45,667 bases of DNA from Candidatus Doudnabacteria bacterium (GCA_041644975.1 JBAZQX010000003.1:73530-119196); one strand, 5' to 3'; positions 14,619-24,116 are shown, numbered from the stretch's first letter. Notes: generated by a model from the sequence alone, not told the origin. Translations and numbers: made by a program.

Positions 14619-14659
14619 AGGACGACTTTCTGAAAAAGCAAAGTCGTCCAAATTTTTTA
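14619..14659 (+). terminator. Rho-independent terminator after the sigma factor gene
   Basis: GGACGACTTT-CTGAAAAAGC-AAAGTCGTCC followed by AAATTTTTT. Confidence 0.6.
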
Positions 14660-14806
14660 TATTGAAAAAGATTAGTTTTCGTTCTCAAGACCCAATTCCT
14701 GCTCGGTCTTTTTTCTTGCTCTTTTTTTATTGTCAAATTTTAATTTTTATGCTAAAGTCAAAACGATTTTAAGGAGGGAAGAATATAATCTAACCAAACT
14801 AAATCT

Positions 14807-15685
14807 ATGCCTAAAATCACCAAAGCGATTATTACTGCCGCGGGCTACGGCACCCGTTTCTTGCCCGCGACAAAGGTCCAGCCAAAAGAAATGCTGCCTA
14901 TCATTGATAAACCCATTATCCAATATTTAGCGGAGGAAGCCGTGGCGTCGGGAATAAAAGATATCATTATTGTCACCCGCGCGGGTTTGCATTCTTTAGA
15001 GGATCATTTTGATTCCGCTTTTGAGATTGAACACCGGTTAGAAGCTAGCGGTAAAAAGGATATTTTGGAAAAATTAAAACAGCTGACCCGAATGGCTAAT
15101 TTTGTTTACATCCGCCAAACCAAAGACCTGCCCTATGGCAATGGTTCGCCACTTTTAGCCGCTCAACACTTAATTGCCAAAAATGAAGCTTTTGTTTATA
15201 TGTTTGGCGACGATTTGGTAAAGTCAAAGGTGCCGGCGACAAAGCAACTCATTCAAACCTTTAACAAAACGAGGCCGCAAGCCGTGATCGGCGTGCAAGA
15301 AATACCCCGGGAAGAGACCAACCGCTACGGCATTGTTAAATACAAAAAAGGCACTAAAATCAACCAGATCGTAAAGCTGGTGGAAAAGCCTGCGGCGAGC
15401 GAAGCGCCGTCCAATATGGCTGTGTTCGGCCGCTACATTTTAACCGATAAGATCATTAAAATTTTAGAAAATCTCCCTCTGGGGAAAGATAATGAGCTGT
15501 GGCTTGCCGACGCTCTTAATAAATTAGCCCAGACTGAAAGAGTGGTGGCAACGCCTATTAACGGCAAATGGTTAACCACAGGCGATCCTTTACGCTATAT
15601 GAAAGCTATGGTAGAATTTGCATTAGATAGGAAAGACATTGGACCGGAATTCAAGGAATATCTCAAAAGTTTGAAACTGAATTAA
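14807..15685 (+). CDS. galU: UTP--glucose-1-phosphate uridylyltransferase
   Basis: KAIITAAGYGTRFLPATKVQPKEMLPIIDKPIIQY is the canonical GalU N-terminus. VEKP motif present. Confidence 0.9.
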   Translation: MPKITKAIITAAGYGTRFLPATKVQPKEMLPIIDKPIIQYLAEEAVASGIKDIIIVTRAGLHSLEDHFDSAFEIEHRLEASGKKDILEKLKQLTRMANFVYIRQTKDLPYGNGSPLLAAQHLIAKNEAFVYMFGDDLVKSKVPATKQLIQTFNKTRPQAVIGVQEIPREETNRYGIVKYKKGTKINQIVKLVEKPAASEAPSNMAVFGRYILTDKIIKILENLPLGKDNELWLADALNKLAQTERVVATPINGKWLTTGDPLRYMKAMVEFALDRKDIGPEFKEYLKSLKLN

Positions 15686-15918
15686 CTCGTTTTTTGCATA
15701 TCCCGATTTTAAATTTCATCCCTTACAGTTAAAAGTTCAAAATCCAAAATTAAAAGTTTAGTTTAAAATTCAAAATTGAAATAAAAGTTGTCAAATTAAA
15801 CTCCTGTAAATTCTAAACTTTGAACTATAACTTTGAACTTTGCCGCGCCCGCCAGCAGCTAAGAGCGTTGCGGGCGGGCACTTTTAACCTTGAACTCACT
15901 TCTCCAAATTAAAGTAAA

Positions 15919-17253
15919 ATGAAAATAAAAAAAATCCTTATTATTCTCTTGGTTCCCGTCCTCCTCGCTACGGTCGGTTTTGGCTGTAAAAGATCCTGCG
16001 CGCCAGGGCAACCCGGCGGAACCGCTAAAAAACAGCCCGTTGAGCTTACTTTTTGGGGAATTTTTACCGAGAGCAGCCAGATTGAACCTTTGATCAGGGC
16101 TTTTGAAGCGCAAAATCCCAACATCAAAATTAATTATAAAAATTTCGGCAATGACTACCCTAATTACCGCACCGAAATTTTTAACGCCCTTGCTCAAGGC
16201 AAGGGACCTGATATCTGGATGGTGCACCATACTTGGATTAAAAGGGATAAAGATTTCCTGACCCCTTGCCCTCCAGAATTATGCAACGTCCAAAACTTTG
16301 AAGAAACAATGGTAAAAGCGGTCGTAGACGACAGCATTGTTGACGGTTCTATCTATGCTATGCCTTGGAGTCTAGACACCTTGGCGCTTTTTTATAACAA
16401 AGATTTATTTAACCAGGCGCATATCCTGAACCCTCCGCGAACTTGGGAAGAATTTACAGAAGACGTGAAAAAACTCACCAAGCAAAATGAAAAGGGGCAA
16501 ATCATCCAAGCGGGGGCGGCTCTCGGCACAGGACAGAATATCAATCGCGCCCCTGATATCCTCGCTCTCCTAATGATGCAAAATGGCGCCCAAATGACAG
16601 ACGCGAACCGCGGCACGGTGACCTTTAACACCTCTGGCGCTCCCAACACGCCCTCCCCAAACGGCAGCCAACAGCAGGAAGCCTTGCCCGGCGAGGAAGC
16701 TTTTCAATTCTATACTGATTTCGCCTCGCCCAAAAAAGAAACCTACACTTGGAACTCTCTACAACATTATTCCATTGACGCTTTCGTAGAAGGCACTCTG
16801 GCGATGATGTTTTCTTACTCCTATCACGCGCCCACGATTCAATTAAAAGCGCCTAATCTGGACTTCGGGGTGACTTTACTGCCGCAGGTGTCCGGAGGAC
16901 GCGAGGTGAACTTCGCGAACTACTGGACAAATGTGGTTGCCACAAGGACTCCTTACAAAAAAGAGGCTTGGTCTTTCTTGGTTTTCGCCGCTCAAAAAGA
17001 AATGATGCAGAAGTTTTGCGAAGACAGCCGCCGCCCCCCGAGCCGGCGCGACCTTTACCAAATGTTTGACAACGACCCGGAATTGCAACCTTTTACCAAC
17101 CAAATTTTAACCGCGGAATCCTGGTACCGCTCGGATAACGACAAAACCGACGCAATCTTTGAAGAGATGATTGAAGACGTGGTTTTAGGCAAAAAGAATA
17201 TCCCCGAAGCGATGACGGAAGCCGCGGCAGAGATGCAGACGATGATGAAATAA
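15919..17253 (+). CDS. ABC transporter extracellular solute-binding protein (sugar family), probable lipoprotein
   Basis: Signal peptide ending in GFGC. ELTFWG...IKINY...PDIWMV and the SBP family-1 layout. No permease or ATPase gene is adjacent. Confidence 0.75.
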   Translation: MKIKKILIILLVPVLLATVGFGCKRSCAPGQPGGTAKKQPVELTFWGIFTESSQIEPLIRAFEAQNPNIKINYKNFGNDYPNYRTEIFNALAQGKGPDIWMVHHTWIKRDKDFLTPCPPELCNVQNFEETMVKAVVDDSIVDGSIYAMPWSLDTLALFYNKDLFNQAHILNPPRTWEEFTEDVKKLTKQNEKGQIIQAGAALGTGQNINRAPDILALLMMQNGAQMTDANRGTVTFNTSGAPNTPSPNGSQQQEALPGEEAFQFYTDFASPKKETYTWNSLQHYSIDAFVEGTLAMMFSYSYHAPTIQLKAPNLDFGVTLLPQVSGGREVNFANYWTNVVATRTPYKKEAWSFLVFAAQKEMMQKFCEDSRRPPSRRDLYQMFDNDPELQPFTNQILTAESWYRSDNDKTDAIFEEMIEDVVLGKKNIPEAMTEAAAEMQTMMK

Positions 17254-17426
17254 AAATAGAATCTAGAAGGTAAAAGATAAAATTTCTAATTGCTCTAATT
17301 GACCTAATTTCTAAATAATGACCAATACCCAATTTCTAATGTCTAAAACTTCTCTTTGGTCATTGGTTATTAGACATTCCTGATTTATTTAGAAATTAGA
17401 AATTAGGTTAATTAGAAATTCGTAAT
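17254..17426. repeat. Intergenic palindromic / low-complexity repeat block (AATTAGAA family)
   Basis: TCTAATTGCTCTAATTGACCTAATTTCTAAATAATGACCAA...TTGGTCATTGGTTATTAGACATT...TTAGAAATTAGAAATTAGG. Relatives occur at 25974-26210, 27606-27640, 32102-32313, 33901-34082 and 42795-42850. Confidence 0.7.
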
Positions 17427-17819
17427 ATGCTATTCAAATCCTTATCTTGTCTGTTTTTAATAGTTATTGGCTTCTCTTTATTCGCGCCCTCAAGCAACGC
17501 GGCTTTAGTGCCTTGCGGCGGCACGGGGCAAGACGAATGCAATCTTTGCCATTTCTTTGTCTTAATCCAAACTATCTTTCAATATCTGCTTGGATTTTTG
17601 GGAATCGTGGCGCTGCTCATCTTTGTCATCATTGGCTTTATGTTTTTATTCGGTTCCACCAATGAAGGTCTGCTCACTACCGGCAAAAAGGCTCTTACCA
17701 GCGCGATAATTGGTCTTGTCCTGGTGCTCGTCGCTTGGCTTATAATCAACACTGTGGGCCACGCCATAGGTTGGACGCAACAAGACAGCTGGTGGAAACT
17801 TGACTGCGTATCAGAATAA
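17427..17819 (+). CDS. TrbC/VirB2-like (T4SS-pilin-like) small membrane protein
   Basis: Signal peptide plus two TM helices flanking the loop FGSTNEGLLTTGKKALTSAIIGLVLV, which is the family signature shared by the five downstream genes. Confidence 0.65.
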   Translation: MLFKSLSCLFLIVIGFSLFAPSSNAALVPCGGTGQDECNLCHFFVLIQTIFQYLLGFLGIVALLIFVIIGFMFLFGSTNEGLLTTGKKALTSAIIGLVLVLVAWLIINTVGHAIGWTQQDSWWKLDCVSE

Positions 17820-17820
17820 A

Positions 17821-17850
17821 CCCCGTTAGAGAACTTTGTTTCTAACGGGG
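17821..17850 (+). terminator. Hairpin repeat (CCCCGTTAGA family), possible terminator or attenuator
   Basis: CCCCGTTAGA-GAACTTTGTT-TCTAACGGGG. The same arms recur at 34787-34890. The T-tract is weak. Confidence 0.4.
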
Positions 17851-17933
17851 TAAAAACATTTTTATAATTTCAAAGGATGTCACTCGCGAGCCACGTTGTT
17901 CGCGAACGACGTGGCGAGCGACATCCTAAAAAA

Positions 17934-20900
17934 ATGAACACAAAATCTGTTTTTAAACTTCTATTTCTTTGTTGTATAATCTCTATACTCGGATTTTCTG
18001 TTGCGCATTCTGCTCTAGCGATTAGTGTTGAATTGCAAAACCCCCTCAGTGGAACAGAAACGGTCACAGGGCTCATTAATAAAATCACGGGCTGGGTTTT
18101 AGGCATCGCGGGTTCTATTATGATGATTGTTTTGATTTTCGCGGGTTTTCGCTATTTAACCGCCGGCGCTAATGAAGACAGGGCCAAAAGCGCCAAAAAA
18201 ATGTTGACTTGGGCGATTATTGGCATTGCGGTAATCGTCGGCGCGGCCGCGATTACCAACGCGGTGATGGACGCGCTGGGCGTGCCTGACACTACTACCG
18301 GCGGGGGGGGAGGGCAGGCAAACGTGGCGGCGGCTTTGGACACAATAGAATTGGCTCCGGAGGGCGATCTCAATGGAGATGGAGAAATCAACGCCGGAGA
18401 TACGATAAATGTTGTTGCTAATTTAACTAATAATACTGACCAAGATATTACTCTAAACAACGTCCGTCTTATCGCGGTCGCGGCTGGCTCCGCAACGGGA
18501 ATGAATAATTTTGAGCAAGGGGACAAAAAAAAAGTAGCAGGGGTGAGCACATTAATCGCTGACGAACAAGAAATTCTTGAATGCGGCTACAGGGAATACT
18601 GGATTATCAGAGAATTTGGTCCGATTACCGTTAAAGCGCGGGAAACCGTCGGCTTGAACTCGGAATGGACAGTTCTCAATATTCCGGATGATATTTTGAT
18701 CCAATTAGAAACATCAGACGCAACCCAGCAACAAGCCTGCGAACTTTTAGGCAGGGTGCCGATAGATGGAGGCGAGAGCGGAACTAGCGGCTTATTAATT
18801 TATGCGAACCACACAGTGAAGAGAAGCAGCATCGAAGAGGGCGGAGAGCCTAAAGTCGCGCCCGGCGCAGAAGTCACAATAGAGGTCTGCCTAAAGAACG
18901 ATAACGCCGAAGGCGGCGAAGAAATCTCCGCGAGAGCAGTAAATCTCTCCCCGCAAGAGGAAGGGGTTAGTGTCTCCAATAACCCGCGTAGGTACGCGGG
19001 GGTAGATCCCCAGGAAGAAAAATGCGAAGACTACGACTTTTCAATCGCGGCAGATTACGAACCAACGTCAATCAATTTTAAAATTCAAGGGGCAGCGTCA
19101 GATGACAAAGTCAGCGAAGCTAATATCAAGGTGGATTTAGGTACAGGAGGAGGAGGAGAGGAAGGTGAATGCAGCAATAGCAGCGGCTGCGTGACTTTCC
19201 AAAAATATATCATTCAAGATAGCTCTATTGGCGGATCAAGGCCAAACGCCAAGGTCGTTCCCGGAGCGACCGTTATGATGGATGTTTATTTGGAAAATAA
19301 AACCAGCACAGACTTTGGGGACACTGTACAGGCAACTCTTAGCTCCAGCGACGTTGAGGTCAAAACGGGCAATCCGGGGGAATATAGAGGAATGGGTCCT
19401 AAAATTGAAGGTAAAAGAATAGAAGACGACCATAGCAGATACACATTTGAAATCCCGGTGGGTTATGCTAAAAATTCCATAAGTTTTACGATCCAAGGAA
19501 GCAAAGTAACCTCAACAAACTTTAATGTGCCGTTGGACACAAGTTTCAAACCGAATTTAACCGCCGGCGATTTCGGATCCGGAATAGGCAACGCGCTAGT
19601 GGTCAAGGGCACCATCCTGCATCCTACTTTTTCTATTAAGAACTCCGGCGCGATGGCTCTTGCCGCGAATCAAGATTTTAACGTTGAATTCTACGCCTGC
19701 TATGGCGCCGACGCGGCTGCCTGCGCTGGATTAACCAGTAATCCAGACTATAAGTTCCACTCTGGCAGCGCTAGAGGAAATGCCGCTTGGTGGTACCAGG
19801 ACGGAAGCATACCGGCAGGAGGAGACGTGATGGTGAAATATCCCTTAGATTTCAGAGTCGAAAAATCGGGCAATCTCTATTTCGGCATTAAATTAGACAC
19901 GGGCAACAGTGTTAATGAAAGCAACGAGAATGATAATACGGGCGGACCGTACGAAGTGGAAATCGCTAGCTGGAACGCGGAGGTCAAAGAATTGACTTTA
20001 GACGATGATCCGACCCAGGGGACTAGAATCACTTATATCGATCCTCCAGCAAATACCAAAATAGTTTATCGCGGTTCATTTAAAATCACGAACACCGGAA
20101 CGGGCGACACTAATCTGGGTTCAACGGATTTTTATTACAAAATTGACCTTATTGACGGATCTTGCGCGGAATCCACTAAAGGATTATATAATAGTCAGGA
20201 ACAACAATTAGAGGGCTATCTTCTTCCCGGCAACTCTGTGATTAAAAACTTGGGAATTGATACGAGGGAGAATTATCCGTTCACTTGGCAGCCTGGAAAA
20301 TCTTACAGAGTAAGGATTGTATTGAAGGATCACAGTACACTTAAACGAATACCCAATAAAGTGGTTTGCGCCAAGGCTTTCACCTATGGCGGGGAGGCTA
20401 TACCCACTTATAACGCCAAGGTTCTAAGCGCGAGTCTTGCTCTTACGGAAACAGGGGACGTTAACGTATATGGCAAGGTAAGAAATGACAGCACGAAAGA
20501 CGCGAACGTTAGCTATGCCTGGAGAATTGATAAAAACAGCAGTGGCGCGACGGATAGCTTTGGCTGTTTACAAAACGCTTCTACTTATAATTCAGGCGAA
20601 GGTATGAACACGGGAATGCCCACGGGCGCTGAAGTTACAATCAGTAAAAAAATCGCCAAACCAACTGAAAATGGATATTACCAATCAGTAGTCACGGCAA
20701 GTGTTTCCGGGGATACGGACGCAACGGATAATAAAAAATGCTCTATTCCTCTTAAAATAGAAAATGGCGGAACAATACCGCCGCCTACAGAACCTGCCAT
20801 ATATTACGACATGGAGGCAAGTAAGGCGGAATTGAGTTATGATCCTGCCGCTAACCGATTTAAGCTCAGTTTATGCGTCAAAAATCACAGCACTCAAAAT

Positions 20901-21659
20901 GGTCAAGTTTATAGCGGTTTTATAGGATATTACTCCTGGTCTTTAAGAAGAGGTGGCATCAAATCTGTGGACGCTTCAATGAGCGGTTTTACGGTCGGAT
21001 CAGGTGAACAATGTTTTGAGGATGACTCATACCAAACAGAGCTTGGCGATTATCGGTTTTCTTTAATTACCAGCCTGGGCAACCAAAATATAGATGTTAA
21101 TCCCGGCAATGATTCCATATGGTCCAATACGGTAACAATTTCCGAATCTCCCCCCGCACTACCCCCATCCGCTCCAGCTGACTACAAGACAGAAATCTCT
21201 ACTTACGGCATGACCGCTAATCCGCCGGATAACCCCGGGACTTATAATTACCGCATTATCTACCAAAACAAAAGCACCCAAAATGGTCAACCGATTAGGG
21301 CAAATGTGAGTTGGGGCGTTAAGATGCTGCGCAGCAGCTCTTGGTCAGAGAATTGCCCGGCAAGCGGCGGGTCTCCGGTATTCTCATATAACACAGTCAC
21401 CGATAGTCAGAATGGCATTTTCGTGGATATGTACGGCGATAGTTTTAAACCACCGAGCCAAGGATATTATCATTTAGAGGCTTGGGCTGGGGTTAGCGGT
21501 TACGAAGACAGTAAAAGCTATAAATGCACTAGCGTGGTGCATTATATTCCCGCCACTTCCGCAAGTTTAGACCTCTCCCGCGCTAATGCCTTCGCGCTGC
21601 CACTTTTGGACGAGCAAATCAAAAATTTCTGGCAAAAATTGCAGGAAGTGATAAAATAA
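17934..21659 (+). CDS. Giant surface protein: N-terminal TrbC/VirB2-like pilin domain fused to multiple CARDB-like beta-sandwich repeats
   Basis: Signal peptide MNTKSVFKLLFLCCIISILGFSVAHSALA, then IAGSIMMIVLIFAGFRYLTAGANEDRAKSAKKMLTWAIIGIAVIV. At least 7 repeats follow of the type V.PGA.V...V.L.N.....G. The ORF-track start 17877 lies inside a palindromic repeat, so ATG 17934 is preferred. Confidence 0.7.
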   Translation: MNTKSVFKLLFLCCIISILGFSVAHSALAISVELQNPLSGTETVTGLINKITGWVLGIAGSIMMIVLIFAGFRYLTAGANEDRAKSAKKMLTWAIIGIAVIVGAAAITNAVMDALGVPDTTTGGGGGQANVAAALDTIELAPEGDLNGDGEINAGDTINVVANLTNNTDQDITLNNVRLIAVAAGSATGMNNFEQGDKKKVAGVSTLIADEQEILECGYREYWIIREFGPITVKARETVGLNSEWTVLNIPDDILIQLETSDATQQQACELLGRVPIDGGESGTSGLLIYANHTVKRSSIEEGGEPKVAPGAEVTIEVCLKNDNAEGGEEISARAVNLSPQEEGVSVSNNPRRYAGVDPQEEKCEDYDFSIAADYEPTSINFKIQGAASDDKVSEANIKVDLGTGGGGEEGECSNSSGCVTFQKYIIQDSSIGGSRPNAKVVPGATVMMDVYLENKTSTDFGDTVQATLSSSDVEVKTGNPGEYRGMGPKIEGKRIEDDHSRYTFEIPVGYAKNSISFTIQGSKVTSTNFNVPLDTSFKPNLTAGDFGSGIGNALVVKGTILHPTFSIKNSGAMALAANQDFNVEFYACYGADAAACAGLTSNPDYKFHSGSARGNAAWWYQDGSIPAGGDVMVKYPLDFRVEKSGNLYFGIKLDTGNSVNESNENDNTGGPYEVEIASWNAEVKELTLDDDPTQGTRITYIDPPANTKIVYRGSFKITNTGTGDTNLGSTDFYYKIDLIDGSCAESTKGLYNSQEQQLEGYLLPGNSVIKNLGIDTRENYPFTWQPGKSYRVRIVLKDHSTLKRIPNKVVCAKAFTYGGEAIPTYNAKVLSASLALTETGDVNVYGKVRNDSTKDANVSYAWRIDKNSSGATDSFGCLQNASTYNSGEGMNTGMPTGAEVTISKKIAKPTENGYYQSVVTASVSGDTDATDNKKCSIPLKIENGGTIPPPTEPAIYYDMEASKAELSYDPAANRFKLSLCVKNHSTQNGQVYSGFIGYYSWSLRRGGIKSVDASMSGFTVGSGEQCFEDDSYQTELGDYRFSLITSLGNQNIDVNPGNDSIWSNTVTISESPPALPPSAPADYKTEISTYGMTANPPDNPGTYNYRIIYQNKSTQNGQPIRANVSWGVKMLRSSSWSENCPASGGSPVFSYNTVTDSQNGIFVDMYGDSFKPPSQGYYHLEAWAGVSGYEDSKSYKCTSVVHYIPATSASLDLSRANAFALPLLDEQIKNFWQKLQEVIK

Positions 21660-21730
21660 AATCACAGCGCAAGCAATGAGGCGCCGCGAGCGGCTAAAAA
21701 AACACAAGATTAAAATCAAATAAAAAACCA

Positions 21731-22285
21731 ATGAAAAAATCCAAATATCCACAAATTTTCTGCTTGAGCATCTTCCTGCTCCTCTTTGGTTTTTCTATTT
21801 TTACCGCGACGGCGGAAGAAGATCAAACTGGGTTGCACCGCCCTGACGCCGCGGCGGCTGGACTGCCCGCAGGAGACCTTGAAGCTTTGATTAACGGAAT
21901 CGTGAAATGGATCCTGATCCTAGCGGGGGCGGCTTGCACAGTAGCTCTTGTTTACGCTGGATTTCGCTATGCCTTTGCCGGAGGAAATGAAGAAAAAACG
22001 GAGCAAGCAAAAAAAATATTAAAATACGCTATCATTGGAGTTATAATCATTGTAGGTGCTTACGCTATGATCCAACTTATTACAGAACTTATTAAAGGCA
22101 ATGTTCCGCCAGCGCCAGATCTTACAACGCAAAATCAAAATGTCTGCGACGGTCAACCCTTTGACACCTGCAATGCTGAACGTGCCAGCGCAGGCTGCCA
22201 ATGTAGGCTAGCAGCAAATGCAGGTATTAGTGTATGTGCAAATATTGGTGGTATGCCTGTATGTAGAAGCGGTCCCCTCAATTAG
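21731..22285 (+). CDS. TrbC/VirB2-like pilin-domain protein with a Cys-rich C-terminal tail
   Basis: LAGAACTVALVYAGFRYAFAGGNEEKTEQAKKILKYAIIGVIIIVGAYAM. The tail carries 8 Cys (CDGQPFDTCNAERASAGCQCRL...). Confidence 0.65.
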   Translation: MKKSKYPQIFCLSIFLLLFGFSIFTATAEEDQTGLHRPDAAAAGLPAGDLEALINGIVKWILILAGAACTVALVYAGFRYAFAGGNEEKTEQAKKILKYAIIGVIIIVGAYAMIQLITELIKGNVPPAPDLTTQNQNVCDGQPFDTCNAERASAGCQCRLAANAGISVCANIGGMPVCRSGPLN

Positions 22286-22340
22286 TTGTTTAAATTTAAG
22301 TATTTTATATTATCCTAAAGAAAGGAGGTGAATTAAACTA

Positions 22341-22748
22341 ATGAACAACAAACTTAAAGTATGGGCAGGGATTGTGATGATGGTATTGTTTGGATTAATA
22401 GTCGGCAATCTCCCCTTGGCTAGGGCGGCTGACGTTACTCCACCTACTGATGTGCCCAAGGCCGGTTTCCAAGACTTTAAAATATCACAAGACGCTCCTA
22501 AAAACATAGCCGCTAATATAATGAATTGGTTTTTTGTGATCGCTTCTTTCTTGTGTATCGCCGTGATTGTTTGGGCAGGAGTTACTTATGCCACAGCGGG
22601 AGGAGATGAAGAGAAAGTCACCAAAGCAAAACAAAGACTGATCTATGGCATTATCGGTATTGCCGTGGTCGTAGCGGCCTATGCTATCATCTACTTCATT
22701 AAGACTACCCTTACAGGAGGAACCAATATTGCTCCGCCATCCCTGTAA
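22341..22748 (+). CDS. TrbC/VirB2-like pilin-domain protein (paralog 1)
   Basis: RBS AAAGGAGG. FLCIAVIVWAGVTYATAGGDEEKVTKAKQRLIYGIIGIAVVV. Confidence 0.65.
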   Translation: MNNKLKVWAGIVMMVLFGLIVGNLPLARAADVTPPTDVPKAGFQDFKISQDAPKNIAANIMNWFFVIASFLCIAVIVWAGVTYATAGGDEEKVTKAKQRLIYGIIGIAVVVAAYAIIYFIKTTLTGGTNIAPPSL

Positions 22749-22812
22749 AATAATATCCTTGCTGCCCTATGGTATAGGGAATTAAGTGTGGTTTTATATT
22801 CTTCCGGAAAAC

Positions 22813-22854
22813 AAAAACAGACCCCTAAACTTAATGGTCTGTTTTTGCTGTTTT
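22813..22854 (+). terminator. Rho-independent terminator
   Basis: AAACAGACC-(12 nt loop)-GGTCTGTTT followed by TTGCTGTTTT. Confidence 0.55.
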
Positions 22855-22912
22855 GTCAAATTATTCTGGATGCATTATAATAAAGCTAAATTGAGTTACG
22901 AAATTCATTTTT

Positions 22913-23030
22913 GTCATTGCGAGGGATCCGCCCTAGGCGGAGACCGAAGCAATCTCCTAAATCTGTATTAATACAGCTCGATGAGATTGCTTCGTCGTCC
23001 CTCGACAAGCTCGGGACTCCTCGCAATGAC
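22913..23030. repeat. Long palindromic element (CATTGCGAGG...CGAAGCAATC family)
   Basis: GTCATTGCGAGGGA...GACCGAAGCAATCTC...GAGATTGCTTCGTCGTCCCTC...CTCCTCGCAATGAC. The same family flanks the GIY-YIG gene at 24240. Confidence 0.7.
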
Positions 23031-23083
23031 GATACATTTTGTAATTCAAGGATAAAGATTAAAGCTAGGTTAAAATAAAAACC

Positions 23084-23473
23084 ATGAAAAATTTTGTAAG
23101 CAGCGCCAGAAATAACAACAAACATACTGAACTGACACATTGGGGACGATTTCTAACAGCCAGTTATGCTTTTACTCTGCCGGAACCAGCTCCTTTTCAA
23201 CCCGCCTACAATCCCAATACGCCTAAAAATTTAGTTATTAACGGTTTAAACTGGTTTTTTGCAATTATGGCTTTCTTGTGTATCGCCGTGATTGTTTGGG
23301 CAGGAGTTACTTATGCCACAGCGGAAGGAGATGAAGAGAAAGTCACCAAAGCAAAACAAAGACTGATCTATGGCATTATCGGTATAACTGTAGTAATCAG
23401 CGCCTATGCGATCATCCAGCTTATTAAAAGTCTTGCGCAAGGGAACACCACCTTCCCCTCACCAACTTTATAA
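23084..23473 (+). CDS. TrbC/VirB2-like pilin-domain protein (paralog 2)
   Basis: FLCIAVIVWAGVTYATAEGDEEKVTKAKQRLIYGIIGITVVI. It shares a 115 nt tract with paralog 1 that has a single mismatch. Confidence 0.65.
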   Translation: MKNFVSSARNNNKHTELTHWGRFLTASYAFTLPEPAPFQPAYNPNTPKNLVINGLNWFFAIMAFLCIAVIVWAGVTYATAEGDEEKVTKAKQRLIYGIIGITVVISAYAIIQLIKSLAQGNTTFPSPTL

Positions 23474-23490
23474 AATAATCTGGTCCAAAA

Positions 23491-23787
23491 ATGCCCAAAC
23501 TACCCTCCATTAATACTTACAACCTCTCCGCCCAAGTCTCCCAATTTGCCAATGAGAGCTTAATTACTTACCTTATTGGTCTCCCCATTATTTTTGGCAT
23601 TTTGCTTTTGATTTATGGCATTTTTAAGTTTGTATTTGCCGGCTCTTGCAAGCCGGATAAGGATGACGCCAAAAGATTGCTTTGGGTTTCTATAATCATC
23701 ATTATTGTGGCAATCTTGGCTTACGCGATTTATTTCTGGATCTACGGCGCCGCGAACTCCACTACTTTGCCTAATACTGTAGAATAG
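23491..23787 (+). CDS. Small two-TM protein, divergent member of the pilin-like family
   Basis: IIFGILLLIYGIFKFVFAGSCKPDKDDAKRLLWVSIIIIIVAILAYAI has the same TM-loop-TM architecture. Confidence 0.5.
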   Translation: MPKLPSINTYNLSAQVSQFANESLITYLIGLPIIFGILLLIYGIFKFVFAGSCKPDKDDAKRLLWVSIIIIIVAILAYAIYFWIYGAANSTTLPNTVE

Positions 23788-23800
23788 CAATCCCTACGGT

Positions 23801-23837
23801 AGAGACGTTGCATTGCAACGTCTCTTTTTTATTTTTG
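23801..23837 (+). terminator. Rho-independent terminator closing the pilin-like cluster
   Basis: AGAGACGTTGC-ATT-GCAACGTCTCT followed by TTTTTATTTTTG. Confidence 0.7.
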
Positions 23838-23960
23838 ACAAAAAGGAGGAAATCATTGACAATATAGAAAGAAACGCTACTCCCACCCCCTCCACCTCCC
23901 CCTCTGGCCCGCTACGCCAGAGCGTTAGCGAGGCGAGCAGGGGGAGAGGAGCTCTTTTTT

Positions 23961-24043
23961 GCTCCCGTGGCGGAATTGGTATACGCGTAGCGTTTAGAAC
24001 GCTATCCCCAAAAGGGTTGCAGGTTCAAATCCTGCCGGGAGCA
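23961..24043 (+). tRNA. tRNA-Leu (anticodon TAG)
   Basis: Acceptor stem GCTCCCG/CGGGAGC, anticodon stem-loop TAGCG-TTTAGAA-CGCTA, long variable arm, T-arm GCAGG-TTCAAAT-CCTGC. CCA is not encoded. Confidence 0.85.
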
Positions 24044-24065
24044 CACTCAACGCAAAACCACCTCC

Positions 24066-24116
24066 GTCATTGCGAGGAGCCCCCCACCTTTTGTAAAAGG
24101 TGGGGGACGACGAAGC
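24066..24116 (+). repeat. CATTGCGAGGAG...CGACGAAGC palindromic unit (left flank of the GIY-YIG module)
   Basis: GTCATTGCGAGGAGC-CCCCCACCTTTTGTAAAAGGTGGGGG-ACGACGAAGC. Confidence 0.65.

Noticed and set aside
22546-23385. The near-identical tract between the two pilin paralogs, considered as a diversity-generating retroelement TR/VR pair.
   Set aside because: No reverse transcriptase is in the window. The single mismatch and the flanking differences are not adenine-specific. Both copies are coding TM-core sequence.
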